DNA of 64,000 nt from Chloroflexota bacterium (GTDB lineage: Bacteria > Chloroflexota > Dehalococcoidia > UBA2979), in the NCBI GenBank assembly GCA_027593235.1, contig JAQCIU010000018.1:1-64000 (forward strand), given 5' to 3'. Positions 1-8,800 of the stretch are shown in pieces. The position numbers and the translations under genes are program-made. Position 1 is the stretch's first letter, and each line of letters starts with the position of its first letter. The notes beneath the pieces are model-generated. The model searched no databases. It was not told where the DNA came from and saw nothing but the letters and a program-made list of their open reading frames with translations.

Positions 1-970
1 CCGCATCGACCTTCTTCGACGAGACCGATCGCCCGCGCGTTTCACACTCATAGCGATGCCGCTCTCGGTAGTACTGATATCCACGCTGATACTTGCCGTA
101 GCCGCGGTCAACGTGGAGGCGTCTCTCGCAGCGAACGCAATACGCGCGACCATGCAGAGCTCCCGCAGTCCCCACACGGGCCTTCGGTGCCCGTTCACGG
201 CGGCGCGTTTGGACACGAAGGAAGAGGTCAGCGCTAACCAGCGCATCGTGCGCGCCCTCGTACTCCTCGCCGTCGTAGATCACAAAGCCGCAGTAGAAGC
301 GATTCGCCAGCATTTCCCGAACGGCCTCGTAGGACCATGGGTTGCCACGACGGGTTTCGAACCCCAGACGATTCAACTCGTCCGCGATCGATTGGTAACT
401 GGAACCACGGCCTCGCAGTTCGAAGCTCTCTGCCACAGCGTCCCGTTCGGATGGAACTATCGCAGGCACGCTACCGTCCTGCGACGAATAGCCAAAGGGG
501 ACGGGACCGCTGGGCAATCCCTCCCTCGCCCTTTGCCGCTGGGACTTCTTAACGTGCATCCCGAGCTGTCCCGAGAAGAACTCGTTGAAGCTGCCAAGCA
601 TCGACAGAATCAAGCGTCCCTGCGGCGTCGCGTAGTCGATTTGCTCGGTGACGGAGTCGAAACCGACCTGCTGCTTGCCTAGCCGCGCGAGGATGTCGAG
701 TTGAACCCGCAGATTGCGGGCGAGACGGTCGAGCGAGTGAACGACCACAACCATTCCAGGCTCTACCCGATTCAGCATTTCGGTCATCTGAGGGCGATTC
801 GCAAGCGAGTCCTTGTACGCGCTTGCAGCCTCGTCGGCGTAGATACCGGCGAGCTCCCAGCCCTTCAACTCGGAATAGCGTCGAATCTCCTCACGCTGTG
901 CCGAGAGCGAGTGTCCATCGAGTTGCTGATCGCTCGAGACGCGAACGTAACCCACCGCTCGCTCGGTCAC
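1..970 (-). CDS. Large serine recombinase A (3' end runs off the window)
   Basis: My translation of the minus strand from GTG 970 (RBS GGAGG): MTERAVGYVRVSSDQQLDGHSLSAQ...VHSLDRLARN...PFGY...MLANRFYCG...YCVRC...YYR. This covers the resolvase catalytic, recombinase and Zn-ribbon motifs. Not in the ORF track. Confidence 0.95.
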   Translation of the reverse strand, partial: MTERAVGYVRVSSDQQLDGHSLSAQREEIRRYSELKGWELAGIYADEAASAYKDSLANRPQMTEMLNRVEPGMVVVVHSLDRLARNLRVQLDILARLGKQQVGFDSVTEQIDYATPQGRLILSMLGSFNEFFSGQLGMHVKKSQRQRAREGLPSGPVPFGYSSQDGSVPAIVPSERDAVAESFELRGRGSSYQSIADELNRLGFETRRGNPWSYEAVREMLANRFYCGFVIYDGEEYEGAHDALVSADLFLRVQTRRRERAPKARVGTAGALHGRAYCVRCERRLHVDRGYGKYQRGYQYYRERHRYECETRGRSVSSKKVDA

Positions 971-1113
971 TTTGAACCTCCATTCATTGCACTCTCAATT
1001 TGCTCTAGCGCGATACGGGCCAGAACGCTCGCGAACCTGAACTCGCCGGAAAGGCTCTTCTCGCCAGTCGCCCCTGGCGCGACTTCGCCGGGCGGCAGCA
1101 GCGCGAGTGCCAC
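967..1113 (-). CDS. Small ORF (48 aa) translationally coupled to LSR-A
   Basis: GTG 1113 to TGA 967, MALALLPPGE...FASVLARIALEQIESAMNGGSK; GTGA overlap with the LSR start. Confidence 0.5.
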   Translation of the reverse strand: MALALLPPGEVAPGATGEKSLSGEFRFASVLARIALEQIESAMNGGSK

Positions 1114-1114
1114 C

Positions 1115-1345
1115 CTACGCCTCGACCTGATTCTGCATCACGGGGACTCGCTGCCTCGGCATCCGGGGAGTCACAAGAAGTCCAAGGGCAGGCCCCGCGA
1201 TTCGCTGATAGCCACGGCCCCGAGGCGTCACTGCCACAACCCCGAGCCGACGCAGGTCACAGGCGGCGGACTCCCGCGGTTGTGGCTTCGTCAGATACTT
1301 CACCAGTACATCCTTCTCATGTTCCCCGGTCATGGCCTGACTCAC
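1115..1345 (-). CDS. Small hypothetical protein in the element A operon
   Basis: Abuts its neighbours almost exactly (1346/1345 and 1115/1113); no recognisable domain. Confidence 0.35.
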   Translation of the reverse strand: MSQAMTGEHEKDVLVKYLTKPQPRESAACDLRRLGVVAVTPRGRGYQRIAGPALGLLVTPRMPRQRVPVMQNQVEA

Positions 1346-1639
1346 TTACACCGTAAGCCGATCTGCGAAACTCTCAGCCACAAAGATCGACATGGGACAG
1401 CGGTCTCCTGGGCTCGAGGGTCCTTGGACTTTTGACCCACCCCCCTGGTTGCGCGCAGTGCCCTGTGCCCTGCACACCGCTCGACTGGGCGGCCGCGGAT
1501 TGGGCCATGCCCTCGGGTAGCCGAAACGGCCCTCCCCGCACCTGGGAAGCGTCAGGGCGCCCCTCGTAGAGTCCAGCAAAGCGGCGTACGACAGCGCCAA
1601 CAGCTTCGCGAGCCGTGCGTTGGGACTTGGGTCAGTCAT
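1346..1639 (-). CDS. Small hypothetical protein (MTDPSPNARLAKLLAL...)
   Basis: ATG 1639 preceded by GAAGGA; its stop abuts the next start. Confidence 0.35.
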   Translation of the reverse strand: MTDPSPNARLAKLLALSYAALLDSTRGALTLPRCGEGRFGYPRAWPNPRPPSRAVCRAQGTARNQGGGSKVQGPSSPGDRCPMSIFVAESFADRLTV

Positions 1640-1749
1640 GGCTGTTCCTTCTGAAGTCACTGCTGCCGCGGGACAATCTCGGCATTGCTGCCCTTCGGGG
1701 GCTGGCGGGCGCCATCGCCAACACGGCAGATTGGCGTTCCAGCCTGCGA

Positions 1750-1867
1750 TGCAGGGTTGCTGGGTTCTCGGATCGAGATCTGGCGCCATCCGCTAGGGGA
1801 GGTGGTGGCCCACCGATCTTCCCGACGCTGTGATGGGTTTCGAATCACAGAACCCTTCATCCCTGCA
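1750..1867. repeat. Imperfect 19-bp inverted repeat downstream of the primase (candidate origin)
   Basis: tgcagggttgctgggttct (1750-1768) vs reverse complement of agaacccttcatccctgca (1849-1867), 16/19 identical; internal hairpin ctgtgat/atcacag. Confidence 0.55.
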
Positions 1868-1897
1868 GGACGTACTCCTGGTCACGTTGAGAATCAT

Positions 1898-4264
1898 CTA
1901 AGGGGGCCGCTTGCCCGGGGGACCCGTGTCGATTGAGATCCTCCAGGTCCTGACGTTGGTTCGATCCTTCGGACCCCGCTCCAGCCACACCTGGTCGCCA
2001 TCCTCGCCGTAACGGTGGTCAATCTGGCTGGCGAGCGCGTGGCCAACGCTCCGCTTCGCGGACTCGTCCTTTCCATCGAGCACCATCGCTGCGGGCGCCA
2101 ACTCCTGGAAGGTGAGAGCCTCATCGCTTGTCGACCGGAAGTAGCGAAACAGGTCAGAGGTCTTGAAGGGCTCGGGGCCGAGCAGCGCGTACCCGCTTCG
2201 AAGAAATGCCTCCCAGGCAGGACCGTCCTCGTCGGCGTCTTCCCACATCTCTTCGAGCCCCTCGAGGAATCCCTCAACGCGCGCGAACGTGACAATCCCA
2301 CCTACGACTCGCGCCCAGTCCTCGAAGCTGCCAAGCCTATGGCCTGCGTCAGGGCTGCCGGCGCAGTACCAGGCGCGGCACATCGTCAACACGGCTTCGA
2401 GGACCTCTCGGCGATGCTCGCCTGCCCAGCCGATCAAGTCGTCGTGCCGAAAGCCCTCGCGGAGAAATGGCCGAGCGACCCGAGCGTCGAGGGTGATCAT
2501 GTAGGTCCGTCGCGGGATGTCCCCGCCGAACCGGAGGTTGTTCCCCGTGAGGACAACCTGTCCGGTGAAGTCGGACTCCAGCATCTCGCTGGCTCCGAGC
2601 CGGCGCCCCTTTACGCGCCCACTGGTCACGGCACTCGCCAGAGCCGCACTCCGAACGATCTGTTCGACGTTGTCGAAGGTCACGATCAGCGCACCCTCGA
2701 GCGCCTCGGCGTGCATCACCTTCCGCCATTCCTCCTCCGCTGACGGGGCTACCTCATTTGCCGATCGCCGGCCGGTGGCGACCGTCGAAATCACGTCGAT
2801 CAGCAGTGAGCCGCCGGTGCCGGCCTGCGGCTTATTGATCGCCGCAATCGGTAGCGATCCACGGATCGCCGGCCGAATGACGGCTGTGACCAGCAACGCC
2901 AGGGCGTGGGCCCGACTCGCATCGTCCGCGAACGGAAAGTCGTCGAACAATTCGAAGAGAATGAACTGGGCTGCCCGGCGTGCATCCTCCGGGCCTGGGT
3001 CGCTCGCTACCGTGATGCCGGCAAGACCGGCGCCCAGGTGAGCGTAGTAGCCGCTGACGGGGTCGTGGCCTCCGTCGGTGAGGACGGTGCCGTCCAGGCG
3101 AACGATTGGCGCCTCGGTGATTCCCACAAGTTGAGGCAGCCCCCAGCTCGCAAACGCGAGGACGCCACTAGCGATATCGAGCGGTACGAAGGCGTCTGCT
3201 GACCCGTCCCTGGTCGCCCTCAACCAGGTTGCTGCGTCCGCCAGCGAGGTCCTCAGTGCGTCCTTGCCGACCGAACTCACGATCGGTCGCCCTCGCTCAT
3301 CAACCCTGACGCGCACGAGTTCACCGGCCCGCTCGTAGAGTTCCGGTTTGGAGGCCTGGAGCGCCGCCATCGCATCCCGTTGCACGTCCCCGAGCTGGCG
3401 CAAGTTCACCTGGATCTTGGGAAGGCTCTTCTCCGGCGTAACGGGCTCACATTGGCCTAGGATCTCCCGCTTAAGCTCCTCGGACGTGCCCTCGTAGTCG
3501 GCTGCATCCCCTTTGGGCGGCGCGCTCGGCCAGCTGGCTACGCAGATGTCGAACGCTCCGAGGCGGAGTAGCGACTGCGCCACCCGGGTCATGTGGTCGC
3601 CGCCAGCCTGATCGTTGTCGGGCCAGAGGATGATGTGCTCGAAGTTCAGCAGCGGAGTAAGCGACTCGTCCGACGGCGTGCCGCTCGCGCCGGTGACGGT
3701 GCCGACCGCTGTCACGCCCCGATCGCGGAGTGCGTCCGCCGCCTTCTCGCCTTCGACTACGACGACCCGCGCAACCGACGTCCCAAGATCGTGAATGCCA
3801 TAGAGCGGGAGGTTGGCTGTCGAGAATCCGCCGAGGCCCGAGCGTCCGTTCCGGCGCCAGGAGATCTTCTTGGTCGCGGTTCCGTCCTCGAGCAAAACGT
3901 CCTTCCTGACGTGTTCGGCCTCCAGCTCTCCGTCAACACCTCGGACTTGGTAGATCGTGGAGCCAAGCTCCCGGGCGATGGCCACCTTGCCCCCCTTTGC
4001 TCGGCCGTCCTGCCGAGCCGCGAGCTGTTTCGTCATCAATCCCCTCTCGCGAAGTGCCGCCAGCACCTGGTCTTGGGAACAGCCCGCATGGCAGCGAAAG
4101 ACCACGTCCCGCGTCCTACCGGAATCCAGAGATAGCGATGGGGCTCGGTCCTCATGGGCCGGGCAGTGCGAGTTACCACCCGGCTTCGAACAGCTGCACG
4201 ACCGACCACCGCATGCCAGACCTTGCCGGATGCGAGAAACAGCGAGCGACTCAGCAACGGTCAT
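1898..4264 (-). CDS. Element primase-helicase-like replication protein (Zn-binding + TOPRIM + P-loop-like domain)
   Basis: CPAHED...CHAGC Zn module; TOPRIM VVEGEKAAD and WPDND; C-terminal QAGTGGS / FDNV. Start placed at ATG 4264 (ATGA overlap with the upstream mini-ORF); the frame is open to 4375. Confidence 0.85.
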   Translation of the reverse strand: MTVAESLAVSRIRQGLACGGRSCSCSKPGGNSHCPAHEDRAPSLSLDSGRTRDVVFRCHAGCSQDQVLAALRERGLMTKQLAARQDGRAKGGKVAIARELGSTIYQVRGVDGELEAEHVRKDVLLEDGTATKKISWRRNGRSGLGGFSTANLPLYGIHDLGTSVARVVVVEGEKAADALRDRGVTAVGTVTGASGTPSDESLTPLLNFEHIILWPDNDQAGGDHMTRVAQSLLRLGAFDICVASWPSAPPKGDAADYEGTSEELKREILGQCEPVTPEKSLPKIQVNLRQLGDVQRDAMAALQASKPELYERAGELVRVRVDERGRPIVSSVGKDALRTSLADAATWLRATRDGSADAFVPLDIASGVLAFASWGLPQLVGITEAPIVRLDGTVLTDGGHDPVSGYYAHLGAGLAGITVASDPGPEDARRAAQFILFELFDDFPFADDASRAHALALLVTAVIRPAIRGSLPIAAINKPQAGTGGSLLIDVISTVATGRRSANEVAPSAEEEWRKVMHAEALEGALIVTFDNVEQIVRSAALASAVTSGRVKGRRLGASEMLESDFTGQVVLTGNNLRFGGDIPRRTYMITLDARVARPFLREGFRHDDLIGWAGEHRREVLEAVLTMCRAWYCAGSPDAGHRLGSFEDWARVVGGIVTFARVEGFLEGLEEMWEDADEDGPAWEAFLRSGYALLGPEPFKTSDLFRYFRSTSDEALTFQELAPAAMVLDGKDESAKRSVGHALASQIDHRYGEDGDQVWLERGPKDRTNVRTWRISIDTGPPGKRPP

Positions 4265-4353
4265 CGCGGCGAAGCCAGTTCCGGGCGATACAGAGGGCCG
4301 TAGTCCCTGAGGCCCTCCATAGTCTGATTGCACCAGCGTTGCATCTCGTCCAT
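4261..4353 (-). CDS. 30-aa leader ORF coupled to the primase
   Basis: GAGGTGG RBS, MDEMQRWCNQTMEGLRDYGPLYRPELASPR*, ATGA overlap. Confidence 0.3.
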   Translation of the reverse strand: MDEMQRWCNQTMEGLRDYGPLYRPELASPR

Positions 4354-4538
4354 TCTTGCCACCTCTGTAGACCACCTATTGCGTCAGGTATACTGCCACC
4401 GGACCCCGGACTCTACGCACCGACGGGGGGTCCTGTCGAGGCATCTGGGTTGCAACTGACGCAATAACCGCCATACTGAGGCAGGTCCAGTAAAAAATGC
4501 TTGTACCGTGAGTATTTTGCGGGCGTAGTGCGTTTCAG

Positions 4539-5648
4539 GTGGTGCCCATGAAGTGGTGGAGGTCTGCTGAACGGCCCGGCTATCAGATCGTCGACGACAT
4601 ACTGTGCCCGCTGCCGAATGCCAACTTCGAGCCCTACGAGCCGTTGTCCGACTTCACTCCGGTGAGCCGTCGACGGGCGCGGAGCGAAGCCGCGTACGCG
4701 ACCCTCCTCCAACTGATTCCAGGCCGTTTTGAAGACTGGCTCACTCCCGGTGAACACGACCTGACCCTGGAGGGCTGGGCGGGCGGCGGGGAATACGACC
4801 CCAACCCCGACCGGCTGACCACTCGACAGCGGACCGCGCTGCTGCGCTGGGTGTCCGAGCACGGTCCGCTGGGCGTCCTGCAGCACCGCGTAGAGCGGGT
4901 GACCTATCCGCCCGTGTGGGTACATGCGCCCGAAGGGCCAGCTGAGGAGCCGAGAGCCCAGGGGCCATTCTCGATCGAAATCGAGAGGCGGCGCGGGGAG
5001 TGGCATCGGTGGCTGCGGCTGAGCCCAAGCCCCACGCGAATCGGGGCCAGCGATGTTCAGGACTTCCCACGCACCCCGGTCGCGGAGCGCCTGTCATCGG
5101 CCTACGACCCGAGTGCGCGGATCGCCCCCCTGGGCGACTGGGTCGACATTGGTGGTCCCGTGACCGAGCCCCTGGCGGATACATGGGCGCGGTTTTTTAC
5201 TGACGTGCCTCCCGGTGGCGAGGAGACAACCACCTACCCGCTCCTCGACGTCGACGCCGAGGTCTGGATGCGCTACCGGGAACCGCTCAGAGATTTCCTG
5301 CATGGGGCGATCGCGCTACGCGATGCGCTCGAATCTGTCGCCGCTGAGTTGGAGGCGCACGGGGTCGCCGGCGAATCGGCACTCGCGCCACTCGAACAGC
5401 TCATGGAACCGGGGGTGCTCCAGCTGAGCCTCATGGCCACAAGCTCGCAGGAACGCTTCCGCGGCGTGTCGCTGCTCTCATACCTGGCGTTCATGGGCCG
5501 CGAGGATCTCGTTGCCGGCGGCCGACCGCATCATTGCGAATGGTGCGGTGCCATCTTCGTATCGACCGGCGATCGCGCGACCTACTGCAGCAACCGCTGC
5601 CGCACCGCGATCGTCGACTCACGCCGGCGCGGCCCGTCCGATGAGTAG
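4539..5648 (+). CDS. Protein with C-terminal CGNR-type Zn finger (putative element regulator A)
   Basis: C-terminal CEWCGAIF...YCSNRCR followed by a basic tail; divergent from the primase. Confidence 0.75.
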   Translation: MVPMKWWRSAERPGYQIVDDILCPLPNANFEPYEPLSDFTPVSRRRARSEAAYATLLQLIPGRFEDWLTPGEHDLTLEGWAGGGEYDPNPDRLTTRQRTALLRWVSEHGPLGVLQHRVERVTYPPVWVHAPEGPAEEPRAQGPFSIEIERRRGEWHRWLRLSPSPTRIGASDVQDFPRTPVAERLSSAYDPSARIAPLGDWVDIGGPVTEPLADTWARFFTDVPPGGEETTTYPLLDVDAEVWMRYREPLRDFLHGAIALRDALESVAAELEAHGVAGESALAPLEQLMEPGVLQLSLMATSSQERFRGVSLLSYLAFMGREDLVAGGRPHHCEWCGAIFVSTGDRATYCSNRCRTAIVDSRRRGPSDE

Positions 5649-6469
5649 GGCGAGGCGCCCCACAGGCCTTGTCTGGCACGAACATGCCATAGTGTGCGCC
5701 GGCGCCTGTCATAATGATCGTGTTCAGCGGGCCAGTACCCGTGTGGCGTTAGCTAGGCCGATAGCCGATGCCCGAGGCAGTCAGTCAGTCACGCCGCGTG
5801 GACACGGTCATCGACCCGATTGAGGCGAGCTTCAGAGCACTCGGCCGCTCCGTCTCAGCCGGTGTCGTCGCTGGGCTGTTGGTCGGCGGTCTCGGCGACG
5901 GGCACCGCCCGTCGCACCATGTCGATGAGGTAGGTCGGCAGGGTTGCAGTCATCGACGCTCACGTTCTTCCAAAGATCTTTGGCTAGAGCTGGATGTGCA
6001 GCCCTCGTGGACGGTGCGGGGGCAGGCCGCCGGTCCCCACGCGCTGATGCTGCGCGAGGATCATTTCGACGACAAGGTGCCCCGAGGGGCGCGAATTGAC
6101 ACGGGCCCGCGAGGCTGTCGTGGATCCTCCCGACGCCGTCATCAATGAAGCGGAGCTGGTCAGTATGCGGGTCACCGTTTCCCTGGCAGGCGGTGAATCG
6201 AGCCGTCACGGGGATTTGGAATCATCACTCTCCTTAAGGGAGCGAACGGAAATCCGAATTCGACCTGGCGATCGGCTCTCCTACTGGCTGGCCTGGTTCT
6301 AGACGGCCCCGCGGGTCGGGTCTACGCCGGGACCCTTTCGATGGTGGGAGATGATCGGGTGGCGGAGCGGATGCAGCTACTGTCCAGCCTGCGCCCGCCA
6401 GGTCCACGAGGTGATGGGCCTGCAACGTGCTGGTCGCCGCACCTCGCTCGAACCGGTCGGCAAGCGCCG

Positions 6470-6661
6470 TCACGGGCGAGATCGGGTGCTGCGGTACGCG
6501 AGCAGGATTCCTAGCGCGACGGTCGCGATTCCGATGACAAGCCACCGGCGGTCGTCAGTCATGGCGCTGCCACCAAGCAAGCCAGCACCCTGCAGCGACC
6601 ACACCGTCCCGACCACGATGAGGAGCGCTCCCCCGACAAGTAGCAGGCGTGACTTGCTCAT
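6470..6661 (-). CDS. Small two-TM membrane protein
   Basis: Two hydrophobic stretches around WSLQGAGLLGGSAM; directly follows 6664..6846. Confidence 0.7.
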   Translation of the reverse strand: MSKSRLLLVGGALLIVVGTVWSLQGAGLLGGSAMTDDRRWLVIGIATVALGILLAYRSTRSRP

Positions 6662-6663
6662 GG

Positions 6664-6846
6664 TCAGTTCTTCCGCACCATGCGGTACGCGTTGAGGCCG
6701 ACGTAGACGTCGGTGCCTGCCACCAGTTGGTTGCCGCGGCTGGAAGCGACAATGCGGGTCTTCTTGCTCGACGACAGCCCTTCATCGCCGTTGAGCGGGA
6801 AGCGGACCACCACCTCATCACCTTCGACCGCGATCGATACGGACAT
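6664..6846 (-). CDS. Small conserved-looking hypothetical protein (60 aa)
   Basis: MSVSIAVEGDEVVVRF...SSSKKTRIVASSRGN...VGLNAY; RBS GAAGGT upstream of ATG 6846. Confidence 0.7.
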   Translation of the reverse strand: MSVSIAVEGDEVVVRFPLNGDEGLSSSKKTRIVASSRGNQLVAGTDVYVGLNAYRMVRKN

Positions 6847-7047
6847 GTTCTGCACCTTCCGGATGCTCCGCGACTTGATGAAGTGTCGGTCATGCGGCAG
6901 CCGGGCGGCGAGATGACCCTCAAGGCTCCTTTGCGACGCTAGCGGGAGCAACGGCAGTCCGGTGATCGCCCGGGTGGCGCCAAACAGCGTCGTGGAGTGG
7001 GCGATCCAAGCCGGCGCCCACGTCCTGCCCGGAGTGTCGATTTCTGA

Positions 7048-7081
7048 ATTTCCGTAGCTCCCCTAGGGGGCGAGTGGAAAT
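7048..7081. other. Dyad-symmetric att-like or operator site
   Basis: ATTTCC-N6-CCCC-TA-GGGG-N6-GGAAAT, symmetric about TA 7064-7065, in a non-coding gap. Confidence 0.45.
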
Positions 7082-7499
7082 CGAAATTCGAAGTGACGGT
7101 ATCGCCTCTCCCCGTCGCTGGAGCGGTTTCTAGGCGGTGGAGTGGTCCGGATCTGCGCGGAGTACGAATTACCCCGACGAGCGGCGTACGCCGGGCCGAT
7201 GCCTACACGCCTTTAGGGAAAGAGCAAATTGAATTGGCCAAGATGGCGCGAAGCTCGACCGGTGACCGAACGGGCTCTCCGTAAGTCATCCCCCAAGTCT
7301 ACCTAGCGGTCGACCCGCTCCCATGAGTGAGCCTTGGCCGCTCGGGACCCCGGAGCCTCGCCGCGCGTTGGCTGGCGGAATCGTGCCAGGCTGGCGGGAG
7401 CCTCGATGAGGCCAGGCCGTTTCACCGGCGATCAGCTGGGCGAATATGCCCGGCCAATCGGGAGCAGGGCCGTCGGTTCGCAACTAGCCTCTACTCGAC

Positions 7500-8636
7500 T
7501 CAGCTTGCGGCCTGTATTCGCCCAAGCATCCAGTCGAACACCTCGATCATCCGCCCGAGTTCGTTCGCGTCCCGCAGGTCGGCGAGCGACACACCCTGGT
7601 ATTGGGTCTCGGGGGGCAGGCTGACGACCGTCAGCGCGTTGAGACGTTGCCTGAGCTCTTCTCGAGCGTCGCCGCCTTGGAACGGCGCTGGCAGGCGACG
7701 GAAGTCGACGCGGACCCGGCAATTGCCGGCCCACTCGTCGAGGCCAACGATCGGATCACTGCCCAGAGTGAGGCTCACGCCGGCCATGCGATTTCCGCGC
7801 CCTCCACTGACTGCGAGGCCGTGGGCAGCGCCCCAATCCAGGACCACCACCGTGTCATCCGCGTCCGCAGACCCGAGTTCCTCGAGGCGGTTGAGGAACG
7901 ACTCACGATCCCAAGGTTGGTCTCGCCGAGGAACGGCAGCCGACCGGGGCCGCTGTCGCTCGCTGACGCCAATCACCCGGGGAACGAGAGTTTGGATGTC
8001 ACCGCCGGCGAACTGTTGGATCTGGACGGCGAGGACCTCGGCACGCTCCATCTGCTGATTCAGGAACTCCACGATCCTGCGGAGTTCCGCCGGAACTCGG
8101 TCCGCGACGAAGAGCAATCTCACGCGACCGATCTCGAGGTTCACCCGGGCCGTCTCCCAGAACTCAGCCGGGGCGAAGCCGTTCTCGAGGAAGTCGAGCA
8201 GGTCGGCATCAGGATCCCGCCCTTGGGACTCGCGCCCCCGCCGGAACTCGGCCTCCAGTCTCTCGCCGGGCCAATACGCCAGCGCATTAGCCGCGTAGTC
8301 GAGCATCTGTCCGACAATCTCGCGCCGAATGCGTGTGTCGGTGCTCCGCTTCACCTCGACGAAGGTCGGTATCGCGTCCTGGTCGAGGAACAGGTTGTCG
8401 AGCGACCACCTGTCGCCCGACCCATCGGAGTCGGGGACACCGACCTCACGAGCGACGAGCAGCCATCTGCGCGGCGAACTCGGGTCGATCTGGTCGCCTG
8501 CGAGCAGTCGTGGGTGTTCAGCCAAGAGTTCTTGGAACGTCGCCTCGGCGTCGAACGGCGTTTCCTCGAGCTCCTGCAGGCGCCCGTCGGCCCCGATATT
8601 GAAGATGACTCCGCCACTCATCGTGCCCTCCGTCAT
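7500..8636 (-). CDS. PD-(D/E)XK restriction-endonuclease-like (NucS/DUF91-like) protein
   Basis: E...Q..L; SLDNLFLD...FVEVKR...IVGQMLDYAAN motif set. Confidence 0.75.
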   Translation of the reverse strand: MTEGTMSGGVIFNIGADGRLQELEETPFDAEATFQELLAEHPRLLAGDQIDPSSPRRWLLVAREVGVPDSDGSGDRWSLDNLFLDQDAIPTFVEVKRSTDTRIRREIVGQMLDYAANALAYWPGERLEAEFRRGRESQGRDPDADLLDFLENGFAPAEFWETARVNLEIGRVRLLFVADRVPAELRRIVEFLNQQMERAEVLAVQIQQFAGGDIQTLVPRVIGVSERQRPRSAAVPRRDQPWDRESFLNRLEELGSADADDTVVVLDWGAAHGLAVSGGRGNRMAGVSLTLGSDPIVGLDEWAGNCRVRVDFRRLPAPFQGGDAREELRQRLNALTVVSLPPETQYQGVSLADLRDANELGRMIEVFDWMLGRIQAAS

Positions 8637-8800
8637 TCAGGTACCCGGATGCTCGCACGACCGGCCCCGATACGCTCGCCGCATCGGGAACCGCGTGTCC
8701 AGGAGCAGCAACGCCGGACGGCTTCGTTCAATTCGCACCCCGCACCTAAGAGTGCGATCGCTTTCCGCCTCGCACGGCTATGTTCGCTCCCGGAGGAGAC

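Larger units (their letters stand above)
1..7081 (-). mobile_element. Integrative element A (LSR + primase + CGNR); left end outside the window, right end uncertain
   Basis: Gene content; a dyad att-like site at 7048-7081 is the candidate boundary. Confidence 0.65.

Noticed and set aside
56-1435. Plus-strand ORFs 56..682 and 701..1435
   Set aside because: Antisense shadows of LSR-A and its upstream ORFs
5719-5731. 13-bp match cgtgttcagcggg to 10665-10677
   Set aside because: Matches of this length are expected by chance in 64 kb of high-GC DNA; no other support
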